From: Eledone cirrhosa
Taxonomy: Eukaryota
Assembly: GCA_964016885.1 (NCBI GenBank)
Contig: OZ024753.1
Location: forward strand, 42,470,001-42,534,000
DNA: 64,000 nucleotides
Direction of reading: 5' to 3'
Each line of letters starts with the position of its first letter. The first letter of the stretch is position 1. Positions 1 through 14,194 of the stretch are shown here, piece by piece. A program made the position numbers and the translations under genes. Under the pieces are notes generated by a model. The model was not told the DNA's origin. It saw only the letters and a list, made by a program, of their open reading frames with translations, and ran no database searches.

Positions 1-862
1 GTGTGGTGTGGGGTGAGGTGTGGTGTGGTGAGGTGTGGTGTGGTGTGGTGTGGTGGGGTGAGGTGTGGTGTGGGGTGTGGTGTGGTTGGTGTGGTGTGGT
101 GTGGTGTGGTGAGGTGTGGTGTGGTGTGGTGTGGTGTGGTGTGGTGTGGTGTGGTGTGGTGAGGTGTGGTGTGGTGTGGTGTGGTGGGGTGAGGTGTGGT
201 GTGGTGAGGTGTGGTGTGGTGTGGTGTGGTGGGGTGAGGTGTGGTGTGGGTGTGGTGTGTGGTGTGGTGTGGTGAGGTGTGGTGTGGTGTGGTGTGGTGT
301 GGTGTGGGGTGTGGTGTGGTGTGGTTGGTGTTGTGTGGTGTGGAGTGGGGGTGCGGTGTGGTGGGGTGAGGTGAGGTGTGGGATGTGGTGTGGGTGTGGT
401 GTGGTGTGGTGGTGTGGGGTGTGGTGTGGGGTGAGGTGTGGTATGGGTGTGGGTTGTGGTGTGGGATGTGGTGTGGGGTGTGGTGTGGTGTGGTGGGGTG
501 GGGTGTGGTGTGGGGTGAGGTGTGGTATGGGTGTGGGTTGTGGTGTGGTGTGGTGAGGTGTGGTGTGGTGTGGGGTGTCGTGAGGTGGTGTTGGGTGGGG
601 TGGTGTGTGGTGTGGTGTGGTGGGGTGAGGTGAGGTGAGGTGTGGTATGGTATGGGATGTGGGGTGTGGTGTGTGGTGTGGTGTGGTGTGGGGTGTCGTG
701 AGGTGGGGTGTGGTGTGGTGGGGTGAGGTGCGGTGTGGGGTGAGGTGTGGGCTGAGGTGTGGTGTGGGATGAGGTGTGGTGTGGTGTGGTGGGGTGAGGT
801 GAGGTGAGGTGTGGTGTGGTATGGGGTGGTGTGGTGTGGTGTGGTGTGGTGTGGTGTGGGGT
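1..862. repeat. (GTGGT)n-type degenerate pentanucleotide satellite
   Basis: Continuous GTGGT/GAGGT/GGGGT units. Confidence 0.95.
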
Positions 863-966
863 GAATGAAAGAAAGAGAGAGAGAGAAATATAGAAATACC
901 GAGAGATTACACACACACACACATATATATATTTTAACCATCTTTTGATCTTATATTATATATACA

Positions 967-1012
<46 letters not shown>

Positions 1013-1107
1013 TGTATATGAAACTGGTTCATGGAAGACGAAAGGAAAAGAAACGTAAGTACATAGACAGACAAAGAGACAGATATTAGAGAGATAGATA
1101 GATAGAT

Positions 1108-1312
1108 ATGGGAAAAAGTATGACCCCGACGGCAGAGCTCAAGCCGTTTCGACGGCTATTTCTGGACGTGGAGCCCAGGAATAGCCGTCGAAACGGCTTG
1201 AGCTCTGCCGTCGGGGTCATACTTTTTCCCCATTTCCCACTCTACTACCCGAAGTATTGAGTACTTTGGTGCGTTATGGTCCATCTGGTTCCTCACCACA
1301 ATTCCTTCGTTA
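1108..1312 (+). mobile_element. Family A palindromic short element (inverted arms + about 80 bp tail)
   Basis: Arm ATGGGAAAAAGTATGACCCCGACGG...TTCTGG mirrored to 1233; tail CACTCTACTACCCGAAGTATTGAGTAC...CTTCGTTA; 12 related copies in window. Confidence 0.9.
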
Positions 1313-1411
1313 TATAGATAGACAGATAGACAGATAGACAGACAGACAGATAGATAGACAGACAGATAGACAGAGAGACAGAGAGACAGAGAGACAGATA
1401 GACAGAGAGAC

Positions 1412-1446
<35 letters not shown>

Positions 1447-1661
1447 TAGACAGATAGACAGAGAGACAGATAGACAGAGAGACAGAGAGACAGAGAGACA
1501 GACAGACAGATAGACAGATAGAGGAAAGTTTTTGAAAGAGTAAAACAAAAATGAAAAAAAATTATTGGAGAAGAGAAAAAATAAAGTGAGGAAGAAAGAA
1601 AAAAAATTAATGTTTCAGACACGTTCAGAGACAAAACACCTTCTCTCTCTCTCTCTCACTC

Positions 1662-1743
<82 letters not shown>

Positions 1744-1880
1744 TCTCTTTCAGTTGAATAAAACAGGCACACACATACATATATTTACAGACACATAAAC
1801 ACACACACACACACACATATATACATTCACACACATACATCTATAAAAAATATATATAATATATACATACACGCACACAG

Positions 1881-1940
<60 letters not shown>

Positions 1941-2054
1941 CATATATATATATCTATATATATAATACATATATATATAAATATAAGTATATATATATAC
2001 TTACATACATCTATATATATCTACCTACTTATAGATATATATTTATTATATATA

Positions 2055-2087
<33 letters not shown>

Positions 2088-2088
<1 letters not shown>

Positions 2089-2170
2089 TTCGTTTCTGAA
2101 TTTGTTTAGCAAGATTCTTCATCTGAAATCGTGTGTTGAAACCGATATTGTTATACTTTGGGAGGGTCAT
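2088..2170 (+). repeat. Family C short dispersed repeat in (TA)n
   Basis: TTTCGTTTCTGAATTTGTTTAGCAAGATTC...TTGAAA shared with 28057-28110; ATTGTTATACTTTGGGAGGGTCAT is found inverted at 28141-28164. Confidence 0.75.
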
Positions 2171-2193
2171 ATATATATATATATATATATATA

Positions 2194-2381
2194 AACGAGT
2201 AGGACCCCGACGGCAGAGCTCAAGTCGTTTCGACGGCTAATTCTGGACTCAGAATTACCCGTCGAAACGGCTTGAGCTCAGCCGTCGGGGTCCTACTCGT
2301 TCCTATTACCCACTCTACTACCCTAAGTATTGAGTACTTTGTGCGTTATGGTCCACCTGGTTCCTTACCACATTTCCTTCG

Positions 2382-2384
<3 letters not shown>
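2194..2384 (+). mobile_element. Family A palindromic short element
   Basis: AACGAGTAGGACCCCGACGG... / ...CCGTCGGGGTCCTACTCGTT arms, same tail, (TA)n on both sides. Confidence 0.9.
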
Positions 2385-2443
<59 letters not shown>

Positions 2444-2447
2444 TTAC

Positions 2448-2553
<106 letters not shown>

Positions 2554-2557
2554 TTAC

Positions 2558-2605
<48 letters not shown>

Positions 2606-2608
2606 GTG

Positions 2609-2683
<75 letters not shown>

Positions 2684-2730
2684 TTACATATATATATACA
2701 TATATATATATACATATATATATATATGTG

Positions 2731-2786
<56 letters not shown>

Positions 2787-2798
2787 CATATATATATT

Positions 2799-2860
<62 letters not shown>

Positions 2861-2899
2861 CATATATATATTTATATATATATATATATGTACATATAT

Positions 2900-3012
<113 letters not shown>

Positions 3013-3149
3013 TAGGCTAATAAAAAATGTGTATATTGTTTGTATATTCACTTATACACACACACGTACACACCACACATACACATATAGATATACACAC
3101 ATACATATACACACACACATATATATACACGCGCGCGCGCGTATGATGG

Positions 3150-3380
3150 AGCTCCGTCGGTGTCGACGAGGAGTGTCCTATCTTTTCGATCACCAAAACA
3201 GCTTGCTCATGATATTAAGTGTCAGAAGCTTGAGAATTCCACAGGTACGTGTACCCCTGAGGGAGACTCAGGGAGACTCAGTATGGCACAGTGTATTACA
3301 AAGCTGGCCTCCTTTGAATTACTGGTACAGTAGCCCATCACACTTTCTAGATACAGACAAGTTGTATTTCCCTCACTTTT
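3150..3380 (-). mobile_element. tRNA-derived SINE body/tail (SINE family 2), degenerate
   Basis: Reverse complement resembles 20460-20650, 9220-9360 and 45030-45195 (CTCCCTGAG..GGGTACACGTGTCTGTGGAATGCTCAG motif). Confidence 0.6.
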
Positions 3381-3459
3381 TCTCATATTTATATATATAT
3401 ACACACACACATACATATACATACACACACATGCATACATGCATACATGCATACATACG

Positions 3460-3529
<70 letters not shown>

Positions 3530-3584
3530 TATATATAAATATATATTTTTGCACGCACAAAACTTGTATATAGCTACACACAAA

Positions 3585-3624
<40 letters not shown>

Positions 3625-3627
<3 letters not shown>

Positions 3628-3829
3628 CGAAGGAAATGTGGTAAGGAACCAGGTGGACCATAACGCACCAAAGTACTCAATACTTGAGGTAGTAGAGTGG
3701 GTAATAGGAACCAGTAAGACCCCGACAGCTGAGCTCAAGCCGTTTCGACGGCTAATTCTGGACATTTCAGTCCAGAATTAGCCGTCGAAACGGCTTGAGC
3801 TCAGCTGTCGGGGTCTTACTGGTTCCTAT
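3625..3829 (-). mobile_element. Family A palindromic short element
   Basis: Tail on left; arms GGAACCAGTAAGACCCC.../...GGGGTCTTACTGGTTCC; (TA)n flanks. Confidence 0.9.
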
Positions 3830-3848
3830 ATATATATATATATATATA

Positions 3849-3915
<67 letters not shown>

Positions 3916-3955
3916 TGTTGCACGCACAAAAACTTGTATACAGCCGCACACACAT

Positions 3956-3987
<32 letters not shown>

Positions 3988-4428
3988 TACACAATACACA
4001 CACATACAAACATTATCTTGCACGCACAAAACTTACACACAGACACACAGATTTTCAAACAAGCGAAAAAGTATAGATGAGAGAGAGAGAAAGAGAAAGA
4101 AAGAGAGAAAGATAGATAGAGAGAGATAGATAGATAGATAGAGAGAGAGAAAGAGAGAGAATGAGAGAGAGCCCTGCAAACACGCATGCGTAGCGAGCAT
4201 CGGTTCTATGTGATGTTAGCTTGCTTCTTCCAAAAGCTGTGTGCTGTTAGTTCATATGGTGAGCTTTTACGCTCGACGCCAAACAGCAAGCGAATAATAC
4301 TTTTAGTCTCTGGCAGCAGAACTCCACCATATATACAGGATACAATAGAGAGAGAGAGAGAGAAAGAGAGAGAGATAGAGATAGAGACAGAGAGAGAGTT
4401 GGCTTTTATTACACATACACCACACATG

Positions 4429-4460
<32 letters not shown>

Positions 4461-4688
4461 AATAAATAAATATATATATATAGATATATATATATATATA
4501 TATACATACATACATACATATACACACTCCTCAAACACTTTTACAGTGTTTATTTTTTTTTTTTAAATCGGATCTCTCATACTTAAACACACCCCCACTC
4601 ACCCTGATGTAAAACCACCCCGGTTCATTTTATTTTATTTTTTTTCATTTTTTTTTTCATATATATATATTTTTTACTATTTTTATTA

Positions 4689-4725
<37 letters not shown>

Positions 4726-4774
4726 TATTATTGTTGTCAAAATCTGTTACACTTACATAAAATGTTCAGGAGTG

Positions 4775-4850
4775 ATGGCTACCAGACTGAACTTCATCTC
4801 TATGGAATTTTCTTTGGTTTTACTTTTTTGGATCTTTACCCTCCCCACCG
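4775..4850 (+). CDS. Candidate first coding exon encoding a signal peptide (MATRLNFISMEFSLVLLFWIFTLPT)
   Basis: ATG, hydrophobic core, then consensus donor G|GTAAGT at 4851 in phase 1; TTCAG acceptor-like site ends at 4769; no downstream exon identified. Confidence 0.3.
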
Positions 4851-5312
4851 GTAAGTTCTTCTTCTTCTTCTTCTTCTTCTTCTTCTTCTTCTTCTTCTTC
4901 TTCTTCTTCTTCTTCTTCTTCTTCTTCTCCACTCAACACTTGTTGGTTGGTTGGTTTAGTTCTCTTTTACCTATATATATATATATATATATTCTCTTTT
5001 ACCAATATATATATATATATATATAATTATATATATAAATTATATATATATAATTATATATATAAATCATATATATATAATTATATATATAAATTATACA
5101 TATATATATCTATATCTATCTATATATAAATATATATTAAAGCAAATATTTATATATAAATATATAAATATATATATGTATAATTTATATATATATATAT
5201 ATATATAATTATATATATAAATTATACATATATATAATATCTATATATAAATATATATATGTATAATATATAATATATATGTATAATATATAATATATAT
5301 GTATAATATATA

Positions 5313-5368
<56 letters not shown>

Positions 5369-5949
5369 GTGTATGTTTTCTCACCATCACAGCAGCAGTT
5401 GCTGAGGTGGAACAACTTTTTACTTTAAAAAAAAAAATATTTTACCACCCGAGTTAATTTAAATTTACCAGCATTCCTCTGACCAGGGACAGTTAAAGCT
5501 TGCATGGAGATGGGGCATGGGGCCATGAGCCCCTTGCTGAATATTTCATAAGGGTATTTGTATGAAAAGTATTTAGGGTAGCCCAAAAAATGTACCGCAT
5601 TTAATGGCATATAAACGAAATGGCTGAAAGGAAAGAAAAAAAAAAAAAACTCACCCGGGTCTTATAGCGAAACTAAAGTATTTGGTAGGGTGTCTCCTTC
5701 CATAATATTCCCTGTTGAGACGGGGGAAGGTCCTTTATATGTCTTACATATCCAGTGGTTCTATATACTATCAAATAAATTACTTAAGGTCCTTTAAATA
5801 TTGTAAGGGGTGGCTGGTAGGTCCTTTAATTGCAGCCAGTCGGCTCACTATTCTTAATCCACCACCACTGTCCACTGTTTGTTTGGGGGTTTATATATCA
5901 GGGGTGGATGAAGTTTGATGGGGCTCCTGACTGAAGAATTCCTCCAGGG

Positions 5950-6290
5950 TGCTTCCACCATATTTATCATAGTGAAAAAAAAATATATATATATAAAGAA
6001 GAAAAAAATAGGGTCTCTTTAAATATTGTCGAGTCTCTTCTTGTACGAAGGGACCCGACAATGGCGTGAGGGTCCTTGCACCCTATTTATCATAGTAAAA
6101 AACACCAACAAACAAACAAACAAACAAACAAACAAACAAGTAAAAATGGGGTCCCTTTAAATACTGTCGGGTCCCTTTTTACAACTTCGCTCGAGGGCCC
6201 TTGCACTATATTTATCATAGTAAAACAAACAAACAAACAAATGAAAACAAAATGGGGGTTTCTTTAGAAATGGTATCCTTTTAGATATTG
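5950..6290. repeat. Three degenerate ~125 bp tandem units
   Basis: TATTTATCATAGT(G/A)AAA at about 5961, 6084, 6209, each followed by GGGTC(T/C)CTTTAAATA-like text. Confidence 0.6.
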
Positions 6291-6479
6291 TCACGTCCCT
6301 TCTTAGAATCTGGTCCCCCCACCAACTTAACCCCCCACTGAACTCTCACTGACTAGCGTTCTTTGACTTTTTTCACTTCTTTACGTTAAATTCTTCAGTT
6401 GGCTTCTTATATATATAGGTATATATATATGTGTGTATATATATATTTTTTTTTCCCCAAATATATATATATATATACA

Positions 6480-6579
6480 CAGGGTGTCCCCAAAAATGTA
6501 TACACACTTCAACAGCATTCTAATAGATATTGCCTGTTCAGGCAATCAAAGTGTGCACACATTTTTCGGGGACATCCTG
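6480..6579. mobile_element. Tc1/mariner-type MITE (100 bp)
   Basis: TIRs CAGGGTGTCCCCAAAAATGTATACACACTT / AAGTGTGCACACATTTTTCGGGGACATCCTG; second copy at 19645. Confidence 0.8.
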
Positions 6580-6741
6580 CATATATGTATGTATATGTAA
6601 GTATGTATGTATATGTATACGTATGTGTGTATATGTATATATATATATGTATATATATTTATATGTATGTATATGTATATATATGTATGTATGTATGTAT
6701 GTATATGTATATGTATATATGTATGTATATGTATATGTATG

Positions 6742-6788
<47 letters not shown>

Positions 6789-6907
6789 GTACATATGTAT
6801 GTGTGTATATATATATTTATGATTCTTCTACAGTTACTATATATATGTTCCCCTCGCCGCAGGGGAAGTTGAGAGAGAGTAACTATATATATATATATAT
6901 GTATATA

Positions 6908-6980
<73 letters not shown>

Positions 6981-7182
6981 TCACACTTCCCTTCAGTCAG
7001 CTCAACTTCCTAACATTCCAGCCTCTCACTGGACTATCAACAGTCGTACTTCTTCCACTCTACCTCATCACAACTGACATTAAATTCTTCAGTTGCTTAT
7101 TTTTTTTTTTCTAAACTCTTTATCTGCTCTCACTCTACTCTGTGATCGCTGCAACCAGTTCCACAGATTTTTCATAAGGTAC

Positions 7183-7213
<31 letters not shown>

Positions 7214-7452
7214 CATGTATGTATGTATGTATGCATATACATACTACTGTACGTCTGTATACATATACGTATGTATGTACGTATACATACTTACATTTAA
7301 GATGTATCATTCAACGAAAAGCTCCGTAATATAAATGTTGTTAAGCTTATATATAGCAATATAACTTTATATTTTTGTATTAGCAGAAAGCAACACACGC
7401 GTATATTACTATTGCTATTAGGTATAGGTCTAAGAAAGTTTATATATATATT

Positions 7453-7770
<318 letters not shown>

Positions 7771-7773
<3 letters not shown>

Positions 7774-7912
7774 CGAAGGAAGTGTGGTAAGGAACCAGGT
7801 GGACCATAACAGACCAGAGTACTCAATACTTTGGGTAGTAGAGTGGGTAATAGGAAAAGTCCAGAAACTGTCGAAACGGCTTGAGCTCTGCCGTCGGAGT
7901 TCTGACTCTTTT

Positions 7913-7917
<5 letters not shown>
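7771..7917 (-). mobile_element. Family A element, one arm largely deleted
   Basis: Tail + GGAAAAG joined to TCCAGAAACTGTCGAAACGGCTTGAGCTCTGCCGTC...TTTTCC. Confidence 0.85.
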
Positions 7918-7993
<76 letters not shown>

Positions 7994-8081
7994 CACTTCA
8001 ACGTATGTATATGTAAACCATAGACATATGAATGGCTGCGTTTATGTGAATAAAAGTTTATATACTTAGATCTGTATATAA

Positions 8082-8162
<81 letters not shown>

Positions 8163-8329
8163 TATATGTGCATATACATGTATGTATGTGTCTATGTATA
8201 TGTGTATATACGTGTACATATATGCATATGTATGTGTGTATATATATATGTATGTATGTACATATATATATATATGTGTGTGCAGATATATGTGTGTGCA
8301 GATATATATGTGTGCAGATATACACTCAT

Positions 8330-8410
<81 letters not shown>

Positions 8411-8411
8411 T

Positions 8412-9106
8412 ACTAAACAGAGCGTCTTGTGTGGGACTCTCTGTTTCAACCACATACACACACATATATATATATATGTGTGCAGATATACACTCATACA
8501 CACACTTATATACATACACATATACGTATGTATATATAAGTGTGTGTGTGCATACATGGTGTGTGTATATGTGTATGTATATATGTGTGTGTATGAGTGT
8601 ATACACATATACACACACCATATATGCACACACACACTTATATATACATATATACATAAGTATATATGTATATATATATGTGTGTGTGTGTGCATATATG
8701 GTGTGTGTATATGTGTATACACTCATACACACACATATATACATACACATATATATATACATACGTATATATATATACACACATATATACATACGCATAT
8801 ATATATATACGTATATATGTATATATATGTGTGTGTGTGCATATATGGTGTGTGTATATCTGTATACACTCATACACACACATATATACATACACATACA
8901 CACACACCATGTATGCACACACACACTTATATATGCATATATACATACGTATATATGCATATATATGTGTGTGTGTGCATATATGGTGTGTGTATATGTG
9001 TATGTATATATGTGTGTGTATGAGTGTATATCTGCACACACTTATATATATGTGTGTGTGTATGTGGTTGAAACAGAGAGTCCCACACAAGACGCTCTGT
9101 TTAGTT
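8412..9106. repeat. ~700 bp quasi-palindrome with unique terminal arms and compound microsatellite interior
   Basis: ACTAAACAGAGCGTCTTGTGTGGGACTCTCTGTTTCAACCACATAC at 8412 and its exact reverse complement ending at 9106. Confidence 0.85.
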
Positions 9107-9684
9107 CGAGACAGTGTCCGACATAAAACATTTCCACACTCAACGTCACACTTGAAATATTTTCTTTGAAGAGGCCTTAACATGTTAATCTCAAACAGGA
9201 TCAACTTGTCACAACATGTCATGCTAAATCTCCCTGAGGACTACGTTATGGGTATGGTACAGGTGTCCGTGGAATGCTCAGCCACTTGCACATTAATTTC
9301 ACTAGCAGGATGTTCCGTTTATCGAATAACTGTAACATTCCTCATTAGCCCCGACGGAGGTCCAACATTCAGAGTATATATTTATTTCTTCACGAAAATC
9401 TTGCAAGGGGCTGAGAAAACGGTAGCTTACCCCGGTTTTACTGGTGTTAACCTACTGAGAGTACATGATGTCAGTCTAACGACAGGCTCACCCCACTACC
9501 CCTGCATCAGTTGGTGCTGTTGTTGTTGGTGCTCATTTTCAGTTGAGTAGACTGGAGTGATGTGAAACGAAGCGCTTTGCTCAAAAACATTTGACATTAC
9601 GATCTTAAGGCCTCACCACTAGTCCTCCACGTATCTTTACATAAAAACTCTGACAGCAACATTAAACCATTTTTTCTGGCAATA

Positions 9685-10171
9685 TTATAACAACATGACC
9701 CTCCCCAAATATAACAATATGACCCTCTCCAAATATAACAATATGACCCTCCCCAAATATAACAATATGACCCTCCCCAAATATAACAATATGACCCTCC
9801 CAAATATAACAATATGACCCTCCCAAATATAACAACATGACCCTCCCCAAATATAACAATATGACCCTCCCCAAATATAGCAATATGACCCTCCCCAAAT
9901 ATAACAATATGACCCTCCCCAAATATAACAACATGACCCTCCCCAAATATAACAACATGACCCTCCCCAAATATAACAACATGACTCTCCCCAAATATAA
10001 CAATATGACCCTCCCCAAATATAACAATATGACCCTCCCCAAATATAACAATATGACCCTCCCCAAATATAACAACATGACTCTCCCCAAATATAACAAC
10101 ATGACTCTCCCCAAATATAACAATATGACTCTCCCCAAATATAACAATATGACCCTCCCCAAATATAACAA
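9685..10171. repeat. 24 bp minisatellite, about 20 copies
   Basis: Unit ATGACCCTCCCCAAATATAACAAT. Confidence 0.95.
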
Positions 10172-10328
10172 CGTTGAAATAAATGAATTAAAACCCAACG
10201 TAAGCTACCAGAGAAACACTATAAAAGCAACGTCGACGACAACGAAAACCGTAGTACTTACAATAATCAAAGGTGCTCCAACCATGACCGTTTCATCGAT
10301 TTTACACCCCCTTTTTTAATGTTTTTTT

Positions 10329-11100
10329 ATAGTACATCTAAGACAACATTACCTAACATTTGATTCGAGAGAGATTTGGTAGCTATTTCTAGCAGGTCAA
10401 ATTATCATTATTGGTTAATTTTCTTGATAGTACATCTAAGATAACATTATTTAACGTTTGATTCGAGAGAGATTTGGTAGCTATTTCTAGCAGGTCAAAT
10501 TATCATTATTGGTTAATTTTCTTGATAGTACATCTAAGATAACATTATTTAACGTTTGATTCGAGGGAGATTTGGTAGCTATTTCTAGCAGGTCAAGTGA
10601 TCATTATTGGTTAATTTTCTTGATAGTACATCTAAGATAACATTATTTAACGTTTGATTCGAGAGAGATTTGGTAGCTATTTCTAGCAGGTCAAATTATC
10701 ATTATTGGTTAATTTTCTTGATAGTACATCTAAGATAACATTATTTAACGTTTGATTCGAGGGAGATTTGGTAGCTATTTCTAGCAGGTCAAGTGATCAT
10801 TATTGGTTAATTTTCTTGATAGTACATCTAAGATAACATTATTTAACGTTTGATTCGAGGGAGATTTGGTAGCTATTTCTAGCAGGTCAAGTGATCATTA
10901 TTGGTTAATTTTCTTGATAGTACATCTAAGATAACATTATTTAACGTTTGATTCGAGGGAGATTTGGTAGCTATTTCTAGCAGGTCAAGTGATCATTATT
11001 GGTTAATTTTCTTGATAGTACATCTAAGACAACACTACCTAACGTTTGATTCGAGGAGATTTGGTAGCTATTTCTAGCAGGTCAAGTTATCATTGTAGGT
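10329..11100. repeat. 98 bp tandem repeat, about 8 copies
   Basis: ATAGTACATCTAAG recurs at 10329, 10427, 10525 and onward. Confidence 0.95.
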
Positions 11101-11707
11101 TAAACTTACAAGATATATTTATTACTAGTCATCCTTTAGTTGAGCCAGGTTTTATTTAGGGTATAAAATATACACAGGGTCTGAATAATTTGATCTCAGC
11201 CGAGAATCAACAGATATACTTACACATATATATTTACACTGACGCACACACACACACATAAATATTTACACTAATGCACACACATACACACATATATATA
11301 TATATATATATACACTGACGCACACACATACACACACACATGCACACACACACATATACACACACACACAAACATACACACACATAATGCACACATACAC
11401 ACATATACACACACACAAACATACACATACACACACATATATATTTACACTGACGCACACACACAAACATATATTTACACTGACGCACACACGCACACAC
11501 ATACGCAAAAAACATATATTTGTACACTGACGCACACACACATATATATATACACCGACGCACGCACACACACACATATATATACACTGACGGACGCACA
11601 TACACACAAATTTATACACTGATGCACGCACACACACATACACACACAAACATATATATTTACACACTGACGCACACACATACACACATATATATATATA
11701 TATATGC

Positions 11708-12024
11708 ACTGACGCACGCACATACACACATATACACACACGCATATTTATACACTGACGCACGCACACACATAAATAGACGCATACACAAATAGACACA
11801 CATGCATACATATACACTGACACATAGAAGTAGTTACTCTCTCTCTCTCTCTCTCTCTCTCTACATATATATATGAGAGAGAGAGAGAGAGTAACTACTT
11901 CTATGTGTCAGTGTATATGTATGCATGTGTGTCTATTTGTGTATGCGTCTATTTATGTGTGTGCGTGCGTCAGTGTATAAATATGCGTGTGTGTATATGT
12001 GTGTATGTGCGTGCGTCAGTGTTA

Positions 12025-12096
<72 letters not shown>

Positions 12097-12100
12097 GAGA
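11708..12100. repeat. Local inverted duplication with re-inverted spacer
   Basis: 11708-11850 mirrored at 11876-12021; 12022-12075 mirrors the central spacer region. Confidence 0.85.
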
Positions 12101-12119
12101 GAACTGTATATGCATATGT

Positions 12120-12250
12120 ATGTATGCAAAAAGCAAACAGAAATAACAAAGCAAACGACACTACAATGAAGAAATGTATTAGTGTAACGCTTGATATCGT
12201 AGGAAGAGAGTTTTAACGTTTCTGATACCAGTCCTTCATCAGAAGATAGA
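12120..12250 (-). mobile_element. PLE pseudo-LTR-like remnant with degenerate minimal hammerhead (family K)
   Basis: Minus strand CTGATGA-AGGACTGGTATCA-GAAACGTTA at 12242-12214; stems I and II poor. Confidence 0.45.
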
Positions 12251-12432
12251 ATGAGAAATACAAGATGAAATAAAAAGATAGTGAGTGAGAAGAGGAAGAG
12301 ATGAAAAAAATATTTTTTGAGAGAAAATTAAATTATTTTAGAAAACCTATTGTTGAATAACTAATGTAACAGAGAAGGGATTTATAAACACACAATCCTA
12401 TATAGATAGATATTATATATGTAAAGCTATTT

Positions 12433-12602
12433 CACAAGGCCAGCAATTACCCAGTACATTACTGGTACTTTATTTTATCGACCCCGTAAGGATGAAAGGC
12501 AAAGTCAACCTCGGCGGGATTTGAACTCAGATCGTAAAGGGAGGTAACTATGCTGCAAAGCATGGCGTCCGACTCTCTACCGATACTGCCAATCCACCGC
12601 CC
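12433..12602 (-). mobile_element. tRNA-derived SINE (family 1)
   Basis: Reverse complement of 16745-16932: A-box TGGCAGTATCGG, B-box GTTCAAATCC, core GCCTTTCATCCTTACGGGGTCGATAAAATAAAGTACCAG. Confidence 0.9.
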
Positions 12603-13304
12603 TAAAGAGACATAATAAGATCGAAACAGGTGGGTTTCACTGAGTTGACATAAAGACAAGTTATACATGTATTGCGTTGTTTTAAAATGTTCCGAAAATT
12701 TCGATTTACTCAAACTACAGGAGTTTTCTCCCTTGCTTTGGTCAAAGCGCGTTTCCTCATCTCACCACATCTAGAATGCGAGACTCTACTTGTGTGTGTG
12801 TGTAAATGGATATCTGTATACACATACTCACATATATAATATATTTGTAAATATGGATACATATATACATACACACATATCCGTACACACACACACACAC
12901 ACACACACATTTATATATCCGTACATTTGCGCACATTATATATATACACATTATGTTTGCACTGATAAGAAAATTGGCCGATTACTGATTAATCGGTCTT
13001 GCTTTGTCGATCGATGCCTGTTAATTGGTCACCGATTATCCATAAATAAATTATGAATTGTGATATGCAATTGTGTATTATAATTACTTCTAAGTAATAT
13101 ATTATTATACTTCATAATTAATCACAATTATGGAGCTACTATTTGAGAGCACATGATGACAAAATTAGGTTGATTTTTACTGCAGGACGTTTTATACAAG
13201 AGCCTGGAATACGTTCTGAAAATGGAGGAGTTTTTATGTTTTTACATTAGAATTTACGTCTTGGTAAATTTGATCTTTAATTTTCATTTCTTGTTTAAAT
13301 TAAG

Positions 13305-13478
13305 ATAATTGTTTTTGATTTAGGCACAAGGCCTACGATTTTTGGGAAATGGAAGAGGGGAAAGTCGCTTAAATCGACTCCAGTATATTACTGGTACTTT
13401 ATTTTATCGACTCCGTAAGGATGAAAGGCAAAGTTAACCTCGGCGGGATTTGAACTCAGATCGTAAAAAGCCGTAACT
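13305..13478 (-). mobile_element. SINE family 1, 5'-truncated
   Basis: Same core and B-box. Confidence 0.85.
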
Positions 13479-13893
13479 TAAGATAATAAGAATAATTTTT
13501 ATTGGAGTAGTTTTGAAAACCCACCTTTAAATGAACATGTAACAAAAATATTTATATCTTTTAATATTAATTACACACAGGTAATCTCGTGTGGATAGGA
13601 GAGTCTCTTCTATATTGACACTCTTTAACCTACATGAAGTTATGTTCCATGTTGTGTAGATCAGCGAGTTCGACAACTAGTAACAGAGTTATGTTACACT
13701 GGTGGTGTCCTTAGATTGTGTACCCTCGGTAATAATAGGGGTTTCTTATGTATTTCCACATGTTAAATGTGATGGGATTTCCGAAATTTTCTGTTACCCT
13801 TGATTTTCTTGCTCACAGACAATGATGGCTGATTATGGAAGTCGATTAATCGGCAACATGGTCGATACTGATTAGCAATTTAATATACACCAC

Positions 13894-13952
<59 letters not shown>

Positions 13953-13971
13953 TATTTGTATATATATTTTG

Positions 13972-14170
13972 TATTTTATATAGAAATGACGTCTACAAGA
14001 CTAGAACTGTTTCATTCGTATTAGATCATCAGGAATGATTTCATACGAATAAGATAGTTCTAGCTCTGTAGAAGCCATTTCTATATAAAATAAAATGTGC
14101 CTATACTCTACCAACGTATTGAGTACCTTTGTTTAACCGTGCCCCCCCCCCCCCCCCACAGCTCGGGAAT
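13972..14170 (+). mobile_element. Family B palindromic hammerhead element, diverged
   Basis: Inverted arms around 14030; minus arm keeps CTGATGA..GAAACAGTTCTAGTCTTGTA; tail TACTCTACCAACGTATTGAGTAC. Confidence 0.8.
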
Positions 14171-14194
14171 CTATCTATCTATCTATCTAATGTA

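Noticed and set aside
1-862. Telomeric repeat
   Set aside because: GTGGT-type satellite, not TTAGGG
1156-1312. Recurrent peptide [21 protein letters not shown] in many ORFs
   Set aside because: Antisense reading of the family A tail; copies carry frame-breaking indels and the conservation fits RNA structure
9662-10319. Repeat-protein ORFs (MTLPKYNN)n
   Set aside because: 24 bp minisatellite derived from a non-coding repeat
12960-13897. hAT-like element with GATTAATCGG subterminal motifs
   Set aside because: TIR pair and TSD could not be defined
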